The notes beneath the pieces are model-generated. The model ran no database searches and was not told the DNA's origin. It saw only the letters and a program-made list of their open reading frames with translations. The position numbers were made by a program, and so were the translations under genes. Positions 1 through 12,046 of a stretch of DNA of 64,000 nucleotides are shown piece by piece; within the stretch, counting starts at the first letter, position 1, and each line of letters begins with the position of its first letter. The DNA is taken from positions 4,094 through 68,093 of the forward strand of contig JAXLWU010000007.1 of assembly GCA_046328335.1 (NCBI GenBank), written 5' to 3'. This DNA comes from Thermomicrobiales bacterium (GTDB taxonomy: Bacteria > Chloroflexota > Chloroflexia > Thermomicrobiales > UBA6265).

Positions 1-310
1 CCGAGTGACCGTCGATGAGCCGGGCGCCGGCGATTGCCAGCGGCACCATCTGGCCGGCGGCGATGTTCGGAGCGCCGGTAACGACGGTCAGGCGATGTTC
101 GCCGGCATCGACGGTGGCGAGGACCAGCCGGTCGGCATTTGGGTGGCGCACCACCTCCTCCACATGGCCGACGAACACCCCGTCCCAGTCCGCTCCGATC
201 CGGGTGATCTTCTCCGCTTCGAGTCCGGCCATGGTGAGACGATGCGCGAGTTCTTCCGGCGTGAGGCCGGTATCGACAAATTCCTTGAGCCAGCTGTAGG
301 GAACCTTCAT
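1..310 (-). CDS. pheT: Phenylalanine--tRNA ligase beta subunit, N-terminal part; the gene runs off the left edge
   Basis: Minus-strand reading frame open to the window edge, with ATG at 308-310. Translation starts MKVPYSWLKEFVDTGLTPEELAHRLTMAGLEAEKITRIGADWDGVFVGHVEEVVRHPNADRLVLATVDAGE..., a typical PheT N-terminus with a tRNA-binding OB domain. It lies 50 nt downstream of pheS. It is missing from the ORF track because there is no in-window stop. Confidence 0.85.
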   Translation of the reverse strand, partial: MKVPYSWLKEFVDTGLTPEELAHRLTMAGLEAEKITRIGADWDGVFVGHVEEVVRHPNADRLVLATVDAGEHRLTVVTGAPNIAAGQMVPLAIAGARLIDGHS

Positions 311-360
311 CGATTAGGGACCTCGATGTGATACGGGCCTTGCGACGGCATGAGGGCCGC

Positions 361-1404
361 TCACGCGGCCGGTGCGAACTGACGGAGGAAGCGCAAGTCG
401 TTGCCGGCGAAGGCACGTAGATCGTCCACCCCGGTCCGCATCATCGTCAACCGTTCGATGCCGAGACCGAAGGCGAATCCACTGTACAGCGTGGGGTCGT
501 AGCCAACGGCCTCCAGCACCCGCGGGTGGACCATGCCGGCGCCTCCCATCTCCAGCCAGCCGGTCCCCTTGCAGACGCGGCATCCCTTGCCACCGCAGAT
601 CGCGCAATCGACGGCGAAATCGACTCCCGGCTCAACGAAGGGGAAGAAATCACAGCGGAAGCGGATTTTCCGCTCCGCGCCGAAGAGTTGCCGCGCCAGT
701 TCGGCCAGCGTGCCCTTGAGGTCGGCCATGGTGATGGTGCGGTCGACCGCGAGCCCTTCGAGCTGATGGAACATCCACTCGTGGGAGGCATCCTGCGCCT
801 CGTAGCGGTAGACCCGGCCCGGCACGATGACGCGCACCGGCGGCTGGGTCTGTTCCATGACCCGGGCCTGCATCGGCGAGGTGTGAGTGCGGAGCACGAT
901 CTCACTGGGGCGATCGACGTGGATGGTGTCCCAGACATCGCGCGCCGGATGATTCGCCGGAATGTTGAGCAGGTCGAAGTTGTAGCGCCCGGTCTCCACC
1001 TCGGGACCGAAGACGGTCTGATAGCCAAGGAAGGCGAAAATCTCGCTCAACTCGTCGATCATCTGCGAAACCGGGTGGACCCCACCAAGGATCGGGGGCC
1101 GGCCGGGCAAGGTGACGTCGACCGCATCTTCCGCGAGGCGAGACTCCAGCGCGCTTGCCGTCAGTTCGTCGCGGCGCGCCTCCCAAGCGACGGTGAGTTC
1201 CTGCTTGAGCGTGTTCCCTGCCCGGCCGGCCGCAGGGCGATCTTCGGCAGGCAGCGAGGCGAGCCCGCGCAGAAAGAGGGTCAACTCGCCCTTTGCTCCG
1301 AGATAGGCCCGCTCCCAGGCGGTGATGTCCGCGACCGACCGCGCGACCCCCAGGGCGCCGAGGGCCCGCTCCCGTATGTCTGCCAGTTGTTCCTGTGCCT
1401 GCAT
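361..1404 (-). CDS. pheS: Phenylalanine--tRNA ligase alpha subunit
   Basis: ORF 361..1521 trimmed to the ATG at 1402-1404 (MQAQEQLADIRERAL...). Class II aaRS core strings are present (RFRCDFFPFVEPG, GFAFGLGIERLTMM). The upstream part of the long ORF is occupied by the T-box leader. Confidence 0.9.
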   Translation of the reverse strand: MQAQEQLADIRERALGALGVARSVADITAWERAYLGAKGELTLFLRGLASLPAEDRPAAGRAGNTLKQELTVAWEARRDELTASALESRLAEDAVDVTLPGRPPILGGVHPVSQMIDELSEIFAFLGYQTVFGPEVETGRYNFDLLNIPANHPARDVWDTIHVDRPSEIVLRTHTSPMQARVMEQTQPPVRVIVPGRVYRYEAQDASHEWMFHQLEGLAVDRTITMADLKGTLAELARQLFGAERKIRFRCDFFPFVEPGVDFAVDCAICGGKGCRVCKGTGWLEMGGAGMVHPRVLEAVGYDPTLYSGFAFGLGIERLTMMRTGVDDLRAFAGNDLRFLRQFAPAA

Positions 1405-3220
<1,816 letters not shown>

Positions 3221-3290
3221 TTGATCAGAACGGGGGCGTCGTTCCAGCCCTCATCCGGAATTCGACGCATCACCGTCGTTTACTGGAAGC

Positions 3291-3535
3291 GCGCACCCTC
3301 ACCCCAACCCCTCTCTCCGTGCGCAGGCTGACAAGGGGAGGTCGGACGGTCTCGTCGCGCGCACCCTCACCCCAACCCATCGCCTCCCTCCCGAGCCTCC
3401 CTCCACTGGAGGGAGGAGTCTCCCGGTGCGCAGGGAGAGGGGCCTCCCGGCGCCACCAATGATCGCGTGTTCATTCGGATTCCGAATAAGCCCATCTCCC
3501 GCCCGGCGGGAGAGGGGCTTGGGGTGAGGGCAAGC
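3291..3535. repeat. Cluster of family R1 repeats (CCCTCACCCC / GGGGTGAGGG type) between the convergent eno and pepF
   Basis: GCGCACCCTCACCCCAACCC occurs at 3291..3310 and again at 3357..3378. An inverted copy GAGAGGGGCTTGGGGTGAGGG is at 3510..3530. A perfect hairpin CCTCCCTCC-ACT-GGAGGGAGG sits at 3397..3417. The stretch 3295..3341 is close to the reverse complement of 45049..45093. Confidence 0.7.
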
Positions 3536-3581
3536 CTTTCGCCACCGCCGTGTTGAGTCTTGGAATGTCGCTCCGCCGCAA

Positions 3582-5453
3582 CTACGCGACGGTCTCTTCC
3601 CGCTCGCGTGGCTGGTTCAGTACGCCACTGGCGGCGATCTGTTCCATCTCGGCCACGACGAGGGCGAACTCCGCCAGTCCGGCTTCGATCGGCGCGGCGG
3701 TGGCGAGATCGACCCCGGCCTCTTTCAGCAGCAGCAGTGGATAGTCCTGGCCTCCGGACGCCAGGAGGTTCAGATAGCGCTCTCGTGCCGGAGCGCCTTC
3801 GTCGCGGATGGCGCGAGCCAGGGCGATGGCGGCGGACATCCCGGTCGCGTACTGGTAAACGTAGAACGCGCGGTAGAAATGCGGGATGCGGCCCCAGTTG
3901 ATGCGGACGCCGGGATCGATCGCCACACCAGGAAGGTAGTCGGCGTAGAGATCGCTGTAGGTGTCGCTGACCCGTTCGAGGGTGATCGGGATACCGCTCT
4001 CCGCATCCGCGTGAACGCGTTGCTCGTACTCCGCGAACATGGTCTGCCGCACTACCGTGCCGTAGTACGTTTCGGCGAAGCGGTCGAGGATGGCGAAGCG
4101 CGTGATCTGCTCGTCTGCCGGGAGCGCGGCGAGCAGGCTCCAGGTCAGCAGCACCTCATTGACCGTTGATGCGATCTCGGCGAGGAAGATCGGATAGCCC
4201 GCATCGTGAAAGGGCAGATTGGCGTCGGCGTAAAAACTGTGCATGGCGTGGCCGGCTTCATGGGCGAGGGTGAAGACATCGCTCATCGTGCCGTTCCAGT
4301 TCATAAGGATGACCGGCGGCGCCCCGTACGCGCCCCAGGAATAGGCGCCGGAACGCTTCCCCTTTGTTTCGTGGACGTCGACCCAGCGGCTCGCGAACCC
4401 CTGTCCCAGGTCGGAGACATACTCCGGCCCGAGTTGGCCGATGCCATCCAGGACGAGATCGACCGCCTCGCGATAGGAATAGCGCCGCTCCGGCTCCGAG
4501 GAGAGGGGCACCGCGAGATCGTATGCGGCCAGCTCATCGAGACCGAGCAATCGCCGGCGCAGATCGAGGTAGCGTGCCAGAAGTCCCCGCTCACCACGAA
4601 CAGAGGCGATCAGAGTGTCGTAGACGGACGTGGGAATGTTGTCGTCGAACAGCGCCAGCTCGCGCGCTGAACCATGGTTGCGCACCCGAGCGCGGAAGAT
4701 ATCGCCCCGTACCGAGGCCCCATGCAGCGCCGCCAGGGTGTACTGGTGATCGAGATAACTACGCGTAAACGCCTCGTACGCGCGCTGACGGGTTTCGCGA
4801 TCTGGCGAACGAAGGAGCAAACTGTATCGCCCCTTGGTGAGCGCGATTTCCTGTCCGGTATCGTCCAGCACCCGGCCGAAGGTGAGGTCGGCGTTGTCCA
4901 GCGCGGTGAAGGCGTCCCCCGGCGCGCGGGCGATATCGGCGTTCTGCGCAAGGACCTGTTCCACCTCGAGCGAGCGGACGTGCGGCCGATGCCGCGCGAG
5001 ATCGTCGAGGAGATGGGCAAACGGCGCGAGGAGCGAATCGGCGCGCAAGGCGTCAAACTGGTCCGGCGGCAGCGCCAGCAGTTCCGGATCGATGAAGGCG
5101 AGCGCCTCCGACGCCTCGATGGCAAGCGCGACGGAGCGCTCGTAGCGCGCCAGCGCCGTGCTGTCGGCGGTGTTTTCGTCTCGCCGCAGTTGGGCATAGA
5201 CACGCAAACGTTCCAGGTTCTCCCGCACAGCCATGCTGTCGTCGAACGCTTCGCGGAGGCGGGCCGCTGAATCGCCAAGATGCCCGCGATGGCTGACCGC
5301 TTTCGCCAGGAGCGATGCCAACCGATCGGCGTCGGCTTCCCAGGCACTCTCGTCGCTATAGATGCCGGATAGGTCCCAGGTATCCTCAATAGCGACCTGA
5401 TCGCGGGTCGGAATTTCGCCGCGGGGAAACTCGATGAGTTGCTGCTTGTCCAT
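3582..5453 (-). CDS. pepF: Oligoendopeptidase F (M3B zinc metallopeptidase)
   Basis: 623-aa ORF with the HEAGHAMH zinc motif and M3-family length and organisation. ATG at 5451-5453 is preceded by AGGGAG. Confidence 0.85.
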   Translation of the reverse strand: MDKQQLIEFPRGEIPTRDQVAIEDTWDLSGIYSDESAWEADADRLASLLAKAVSHRGHLGDSAARLREAFDDSMAVRENLERLRVYAQLRRDENTADSTALARYERSVALAIEASEALAFIDPELLALPPDQFDALRADSLLAPFAHLLDDLARHRPHVRSLEVEQVLAQNADIARAPGDAFTALDNADLTFGRVLDDTGQEIALTKGRYSLLLRSPDRETRQRAYEAFTRSYLDHQYTLAALHGASVRGDIFRARVRNHGSARELALFDDNIPTSVYDTLIASVRGERGLLARYLDLRRRLLGLDELAAYDLAVPLSSEPERRYSYREAVDLVLDGIGQLGPEYVSDLGQGFASRWVDVHETKGKRSGAYSWGAYGAPPVILMNWNGTMSDVFTLAHEAGHAMHSFYADANLPFHDAGYPIFLAEIASTVNEVLLTWSLLAALPADEQITRFAILDRFAETYYGTVVRQTMFAEYEQRVHADAESGIPITLERVSDTYSDLYADYLPGVAIDPGVRINWGRIPHFYRAFYVYQYATGMSAAIALARAIRDEGAPARERYLNLLASGGQDYPLLLLKEAGVDLATAAPIEAGLAEFALVVAEMEQIAASGVLNQPREREETVA

Positions 5454-5660
5454 GCTGCTCCCTGTACACCCGCGCCGCGGATTTCGCGATCATCGCGAGA
5501 TAGACGGACGCGCCGCGGGTTGAATCTGTTGATCGCGCGTCCGCGCCCGACGCATCGGGGCAACGTGCGCCGGTTAGACTACTTCCGACGAACGACGACA
5601 GGCATCTGGTGGTTGTTTCACACACCACGGCCGGGTTGTGGATCGAGTGAGAATCCTCCC

Positions 5661-6029
5661 ATGTCGCCTGAACTGATCGACAACGCGACCGGGAACGTGA
5701 CGCCAATATGCGTCGAGTGTGGCGAGCCGTTCGTGCGGCAACCGGGCGAAGTCGCGGCGCGCCGCGGCACGGGGATGGCGCCGTCACCGCGCTGCCCGGC
5801 ATGCCGGGTGGTGCTACGAGAGGCGCATAACGCCCGGGTGATGGAACTTCTCAAGCACGGCGACTTGCGTGGTCCACGCGAGGCCGCGCCGGGAACCCAG
5901 GAGGGGGCGACCCGCGTCTACCCGGCAATCTGCGCCGAGTGCCGGCGCCCGATCCACCTGCCCTTCAAGCCGCGACTCGACCGGCCGGTGTATTGCCGCT
6001 TCTGCCGGGACGCGCGCCACGGCCGGTGA
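5661..6029 (+). CDS. Small zinc-ribbon protein (CxxC-x17-CxxC-type domain)
   Basis: ORF 5439..6029 trimmed to the ATG at 5661. The 122-aa product has CVEC...CPAC and CAECRRPIHLPFKPRLDRPVYCRFC; the latter matches the PF-x-P-x-RPVYC-xx-C pattern of CxxC-x17-CxxC domains. No strong SD. Confidence 0.45.
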   Translation: MSPELIDNATGNVTPICVECGEPFVRQPGEVAARRGTGMAPSPRCPACRVVLREAHNARVMELLKHGDLRGPREAAPGTQEGATRVYPAICAECRRPIHLPFKPRLDRPVYCRFCRDARHGR

Positions 6030-6141
6030 TTCGATTGCGCTCGTCTTCGAGTCATGGACGAAAGAACCGCGCCGCTCATTCCGCATTCGGGAATGAGCGG
6101 CGCGGACCAGAGGGCGAATTGCCATAACGATCGGCATATGG

Positions 6142-6225
6142 GTCGTCCCGACGGAGGAGGGACCTCGGCGGTGGCCGTGATCCTCACGGACGCCAAGATT
6201 CGTCGCTGCGACTCGGAGCGACCCT
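6142..6225. repeat. Family R2 repeat copy (core GTCGTCCCGA.GGAGGAGGGACCTCGGCG)
   Basis: 6142..6170 matches the core found at 14663..14692 and 35620..35649. Intergenic position. Confidence 0.5.
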
Positions 6226-6255
6226 TGCTCCCCACGCTGCGAAGCGGTCGCCCCG

Positions 6256-7686
6256 TCAGGAGGCGAGATCGGAGGCGAATTCCTGCTCGACGGCCGTCAG
6301 TGATTCGTCGACGATCTCGACCATGCGGTCGATCTCGTCCTTCGTCACCACCAGCGGCGGGGCGAAGTGGATCACGTCCCAGGAGCGGGTGACGAGACCT
6401 CGCTTGAGGGTCTCCTCGCCGAGACGAGCGGTGAAGGCGTGACCCTTCGGCCAACCCTCCTTCGTCTCCTTGTTGCGCACCAGATCGAGCCCATGCATCA
6501 GCCCGACGCCGCGCACGTCGCCGACGCTCGGGTGGGCGCGCAACTCTTCCAACCGGCTGCGCAGGTAGCGGCCCTTCTCGGCGCTCTGGCCGACCAGACC
6601 CTCCTCTTCGAAGATTTCGATGTTCTTGAGGGCGGCGGCGCAGGCGGCGGCATGCCCACCAAAGGTGAGCAGGTGGCCCATGACCGCTTCCTTGTTCTCC
6701 TTGAAGACATCGTAGATCGATTCGCGCACGATGGTCGCGGCGATCGGCGCGTAGCCGGAGGAGAGACCCTTCGCGGTCGTCATGATGTCGGGGACGAATC
6801 CGAACTGCTCGGTGGCAAACATCGTGCCGGTGCGGCCGAACCCGTTGATCACCTCGTCGGCAATCAGCAGTACGCCATGGCGGTCACAAATGTCGCGCAA
6901 CATCTGCCAGTACTTGGGTGAGGGTACGTGAACGCCGGCCGCGGTCGAAATTGGCTCACCGATGACCGCGGCGACCGTCTCCGGTCCCTGGTTGATGATC
7001 TCCTGCTCGACGTACTTGGCGGCCATGATGTCCGCCGCCTCGCCTTCGAGTCCAAAATCGGAGCGGTAGCGGTCCGGATGCGGCACGTGGTAGACGCCGT
7101 ACATGAACGGACCAAACCACGTTTCATTGTGAGAGGCGGTCAGGCTGAGCGCGCCGTAGGTCATGCCGTGATAAGAGCGGCGGCGGGCGATGATCTTGTA
7201 TCGCTTCGGGAAGCCGCGCATCGACTGGACCTGCTTGGCGATCTTGATCGCGGTTTCCACCGCTTCGGAACCGCCGGAAACGAAGAAGACGCGGTTGAGA
7301 TCGCCGGGGGTGATCGCCGCCAGTTTGTCGGCGAGTTGCACCGCCGGGGTGGTGGTGTAGGTCATCACCGAGGCGTAGGCGAGGCGTGCCGCCTGATCGG
7401 CGTAGGCCTGCGCGATCTCGCGGCGGCCGTGACCGGCGTTGACGACCCAGAGCCCCGAGATACCGTCGATGTATTCACGACCCTGCACGTCATAAAGACG
7501 CGCACCTTCGCCACGGTCGAACACGCGAAGGTTGTCCGATTCGAACTCGGACCAAGGCAGCATGTGGATCCAAACGTGCTCGCGGGCCGACTGCTCGACC
7601 GGATGTGCCTCGGATGGGGCGCCGGGGGCGCCGTTGGTGGGCCGGGACCCAACACTGACCTGTTCCGCGACCTTCGCGCTTACCAT
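6256..7686 (-). CDS. Class III (omega-type) PLP-dependent aminotransferase
   Basis: ORF 6256..7737 trimmed to the ATG at 7684-7686, preceded by GGGAGG. Typical class III aminotransferase length and conserved blocks (SGGSEAVETAIK, LLIADEVINGFGRTG, TTAKGLSSGY). Confidence 0.85.
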   Translation of the reverse strand: MVSAKVAEQVSVGSRPTNGAPGAPSEAHPVEQSAREHVWIHMLPWSEFESDNLRVFDRGEGARLYDVQGREYIDGISGLWVVNAGHGRREIAQAYADQAARLAYASVMTYTTTPAVQLADKLAAITPGDLNRVFFVSGGSEAVETAIKIAKQVQSMRGFPKRYKIIARRRSYHGMTYGALSLTASHNETWFGPFMYGVYHVPHPDRYRSDFGLEGEAADIMAAKYVEQEIINQGPETVAAVIGEPISTAAGVHVPSPKYWQMLRDICDRHGVLLIADEVINGFGRTGTMFATEQFGFVPDIMTTAKGLSSGYAPIAATIVRESIYDVFKENKEAVMGHLLTFGGHAAACAAALKNIEIFEEEGLVGQSAEKGRYLRSRLEELRAHPSVGDVRGVGLMHGLDLVRNKETKEGWPKGHAFTARLGEETLKRGLVTRSWDVIHFAPPLVVTKDEIDRMVEIVDESLTAVEQEFASDLAS

Positions 7687-7917
7687 GATCGAACTCGCCT
7701 CCCGCGTACGATGAGCCAGACCGCGATGTTCCTGCACGCCACGTTGCGTGGAGGGGGCAAGATGCTCGTTGCGAAGCCCTTCGCGCGGCTGCGGAAACTA
7801 TAGCAAAGGGGCACCCTGCCTTTTCCGCGAGGACGCTCCGTTGACGGCGAGTGGCAGGGAGTCGATGATCCCGGTACGGTGTTCGTGACATGGGCGAAGA
7901 CCGAGGCGGGGAGCCTG

Positions 7918-8289
7918 ATGATAGAGATGCGGTTGAACGCAAGTGAGCACGGGGCGCGGCGGATCGTCGATCATCCCATCTTGGGACAGCTGCCAGCTGC
8001 GGCAATGGTCCGCTTTACCTTTGACGGCATCACGATCGAGGCGCGCGACGGGGAGCCGATCGCGGCCGCGCTGCTTGCCGCCGGGATCCGGGTGTTCCGC
8101 ACCATGCCCCGGAATGGTGATCCGCGCGGTGGCTATTGCATGATCGGGCGCTGCGCTGACTGTGCGGTGATCGTCGATGGGGTGCCGAGCATCCCCGCCT
8201 GCGTGACCCCGGTGCGCGAGGGCATGCGCGTCGAGCGGCAGCAGGGGCTGGGCGAGGCCGCATGGGATCTGGCCGAGACCGTGCCATGA
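7918..8289 (+). CDS. Small (2Fe-2S)-binding subunit, HcnA / opine-oxidase / sarcosine-oxidase-alpha N-terminal type
   Basis: ATG at 7918 preceded by GGGGAG. Product has FTFDGITIEARDGEPIAAALLAAGIRVF...GGYCMIGRCADCAVIVDG..PACVTP. Its stop overlaps the next start (ATGA at 8286-8289). Confidence 0.7.
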   Translation: MIEMRLNASEHGARRIVDHPILGQLPAAAMVRFTFDGITIEARDGEPIAAALLAAGIRVFRTMPRNGDPRGGYCMIGRCADCAVIVDGVPSIPACVTPVREGMRVERQQGLGEAAWDLAETVP

Positions 8290-9245
8290 AAGGACAGGTG
8301 ATCGTTGTCGGCGGTGGACCAGCGGGTCTCAGCGCCGCCACCGCGGCTGCCGCTGTTGGCGCGCGGGTGCAATTGCTGGAAGAGCGCCCGGAGGTCGGGG
8401 GGCAACTACGATATCGCGTGCAGCCGGTGCACCCCGCGCTGGATGGGTCGGGAGAGCGCCCCCGAGTCCTGGCGCATCTCCTGACCGCCGCAGCGCTGGA
8501 CGCCGGGGTCGAGATTCGCACCAACGCAGCGGTCGTCGGCTGGTTTCCCGGCAATGAACTGATGGTGGTGGGTCCGGACGACGGCTCGCGGTTGCGAGCG
8601 GAGACGATCGTCGTCGCCACCGGATCGGCCGATCTGCCGTATCCCTTTGCCGGCGCGACCTTTCCGGGGGTGTTCAGCGCCCGCGGGCTGCAAATGCTGT
8701 TGAATCAGCATCGCGTTCTCCCTGGCCAGCGGTACGCGGTCATCGGTGGCGGAGACGAGGCAGAGGAACTGACCGTCGACATCCATCTCAGCGGCGGCGA
8801 GGTCGTTTGGGCGGGGGTGGCGCCGGCGCCGTTTCTGCGCGCGCGGGGCGCCACCGGCGTCAGCGGGTTGCAGGTCGGTCAGGATCGGTACGAGGTGGAT
8901 GTCATCGCGATTGCCCTGGGACGGCAACCCGATGCTGCGCTGGCGATGATGGCGGGCGCGGCCGTCGGGATGTCCCCGGTCCTTGGCGGCTTCACGCCGA
9001 TTGTCGATGAGCAGATGCAGAGCGGTAGGCCAGGGGTGCTGGTCGCGGGAGATGCCGCCGGCGCCGGGAGCGTCGCCGCGGCGATTGGCGAGGGCCGGAT
9101 CGCGGGGCTTGCCGCCGCAAACAACCTTGGGTTGATCGACGACGCGGTAGTCACCGAGGCTGTTATGACCCGTGGCGCCGAAGTCGAATGGCGTTCCGCG
9201 GTCCGCGCTGAACTTCAACCACGCTTTAGCCAGCCGTTCGAATGA
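8286..9245 (+). CDS. FAD/NAD(P)-binding oxidoreductase, HcnB / opine-oxidase subunit A-like, lacking the usual C-terminal BFD domain
   Basis: Begins MKGQVIVVGGGPAGLSAATAAA (dinucleotide-binding GxGxxG). A second Rossmann-like motif is VIGGGDEAEE. ATGA overlaps occur at both ends of the gene. Confidence 0.75.
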   Translation: MKGQVIVVGGGPAGLSAATAAAAVGARVQLLEERPEVGGQLRYRVQPVHPALDGSGERPRVLAHLLTAAALDAGVEIRTNAAVVGWFPGNELMVVGPDDGSRLRAETIVVATGSADLPYPFAGATFPGVFSARGLQMLLNQHRVLPGQRYAVIGGGDEAEELTVDIHLSGGEVVWAGVAPAPFLRARGATGVSGLQVGQDRYEVDVIAIALGRQPDAALAMMAGAAVGMSPVLGGFTPIVDEQMQSGRPGVLVAGDAAGAGSVAAAIGEGRIAGLAAANNLGLIDDAVVTEAVMTRGAEVEWRSAVRAELQPRFSQPFE

Positions 9246-9256
9246 AAGAGGTACTC

Positions 9257-9589
9257 ATGGCGGAAGGGCAGGCCGACGAACACGCGGGCATCTCCGAAAC
9301 GATGATCTGCCGTTGTGAGGAACTCGCCGCGAGCGAGATTGTCAGCGCGATAGCCAGTGGAGCGCTGTCGCTGAACGACGTCAAGCGACGGACGCGGGCG
9401 GGTATGGGCGCCTGCCAGGGGATCTTTTGCCTCCCAGCGATTACCGCCCTGGTAGCGGAGGCGGCCGGGGTGCCCGTGCAGCAGGTCGCCCCGATGACCA
9501 GCCGCCCACCCACCCGCACCGTGCGGCTGGAAATCCTGGCTGACCTCGTTCCTGAATCCGATGCAGAAGTCCGAAGCCGCGAAGGTTGA
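9257..9589 (+). CDS. BFD-like [2Fe-2S]-binding domain protein
   Basis: Contains ICRCEE...MGACQGIFC, the cysteine pattern of BFD-like 2Fe-2S domains. ATG at 9257 is preceded by AAGAGG. An alternative ATG at 9242 overlaps the upstream stop. Confidence 0.6.
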   Translation: MAEGQADEHAGISETMICRCEELAASEIVSAIASGALSLNDVKRRTRAGMGACQGIFCLPAITALVAEAAGVPVQQVAPMTSRPPTRTVRLEILADLVPESDAEVRSREG

Positions 9590-9649
9590 GTGGGTACGGC
9601 TAGCGCCAGTGACATCGAAACGCTCACGTTATTGCTGAAGGGGGACCTG

Positions 9650-11074
<1,425 letters not shown>

Positions 11075-11224
11075 TTCGGGTTTCATTGCCTCCACGACGA
11101 GCCCCGTATTCGCCCAGCGAAGGCGGGACTCTTATCTGTCCCGCCGGATGCTTTTCCTCGGCGGTAACTCTCGGAATCGTCCGACTGCCGGTTGGTCCGG
11201 CCGCGATTCACGGGGTCCGTCCGG

Positions 11225-11297
11225 CGAAAAAGAGACCTCGGCGGCGTCGCATGGTCTGCTGAACGCGGAGATTCCTCGCCGCGACGTGGAATGACAC
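11225..11297. repeat. R2-related repeat fragments
   Basis: AGAGACCTCGGCGGCGTCGC (11231..11250) and GAGATTCCTCGCCGCGACGTGGAATGACAC (11268..11297) resemble the R2 arms seen at 45145..45225. Confidence 0.4.
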
Positions 11298-11414
11298 AAC
11301 TCAACGACGCCGCTGCCACGCCGCGTCGTACGGGGGCGAGGCGTGCCCCAATGGTCATCTGAGTTGAGACACTCGCCGCGCGAAGACCCCATCTCGAGGC
11401 GCTGTGGCCGTTAG

Positions 11415-12017
11415 CTACGGACCGCCGTCCAGCACCGACTCCGGGGGAGGATCGGCACCCGAACCATTTGCCGCGGGATGGTGATGACCATGTGGTTCGT
11501 CCGGGTGGACCCAGAGAATGAAGGCCAGTGCGGCGATTACCAGGGCGACGGCGGCGCCGAGATGCAGGATGTTCGGGTCACCATCCCACTCGACAACATC
11601 GCCGAGGAAGGTGACGCCGAGGAGGACCACGGTGACGCCGATCAGGAGGCGCTTGAGGTCGTTCAGATCGTCCACCACCAACCAGCGGGGCAGGTTCAGC
11701 GCATGGTCGATGAAGAGCTGATAGAGGCCCAGGGACACAATATAGAGCACCGTCCCGAGCAGGATGATGTCCGTGACCTGGATGAACTCGACGCCGAGGC
11801 GATCGATGTGATGTCCGGATAACGTGCCCGCATCGACGTGCCGGCCCGAGGCCGGGTCCACCTCGCCAAAGACGCCGGGATCGAACTGGACAACTTCGCG
11901 GATCGCCATCCTGATCACGGTCAGTGTGGCCATGATCAGCAGGACCGCCGAACCGATGAAGGTAGCGACAACGGCAAGGCCGACGATGAAGCGGCTGGCC
12001 CCGAAAATGGCTCTCAT
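11415..12017 (-). CDS. Integral membrane protein, YqhA/UPF0114-like
   Basis: 200 aa with about four hydrophobic segments. The block DIILLGTVLYIVSLGLYQLFID...LPRWL..DDLNDLKRLL resembles UPF0114. His-rich C-terminus. Confidence 0.5.
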   Translation of the reverse strand: MRAIFGASRFIVGLAVVATFIGSAVLLIMATLTVIRMAIREVVQFDPGVFGEVDPASGRHVDAGTLSGHHIDRLGVEFIQVTDIILLGTVLYIVSLGLYQLFIDHALNLPRWLVVDDLNDLKRLLIGVTVVLLGVTFLGDVVEWDGDPNILHLGAAVALVIAALAFILWVHPDEPHGHHHPAANGSGADPPPESVLDGGP

Positions 12018-12046
12018 GATCGCGGCACTATCTGGTGCATCATCAC

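Noticed and set aside
3291-3535. Whether the clustered GGGGTGAGGG-type repeats are a CRISPR array
   Set aside because: The copies differ in length, orientation and spacing. There are only 2-3 per site and no cas genes. The same motif is scattered singly across the window. The pattern is REP-like, not CRISPR.
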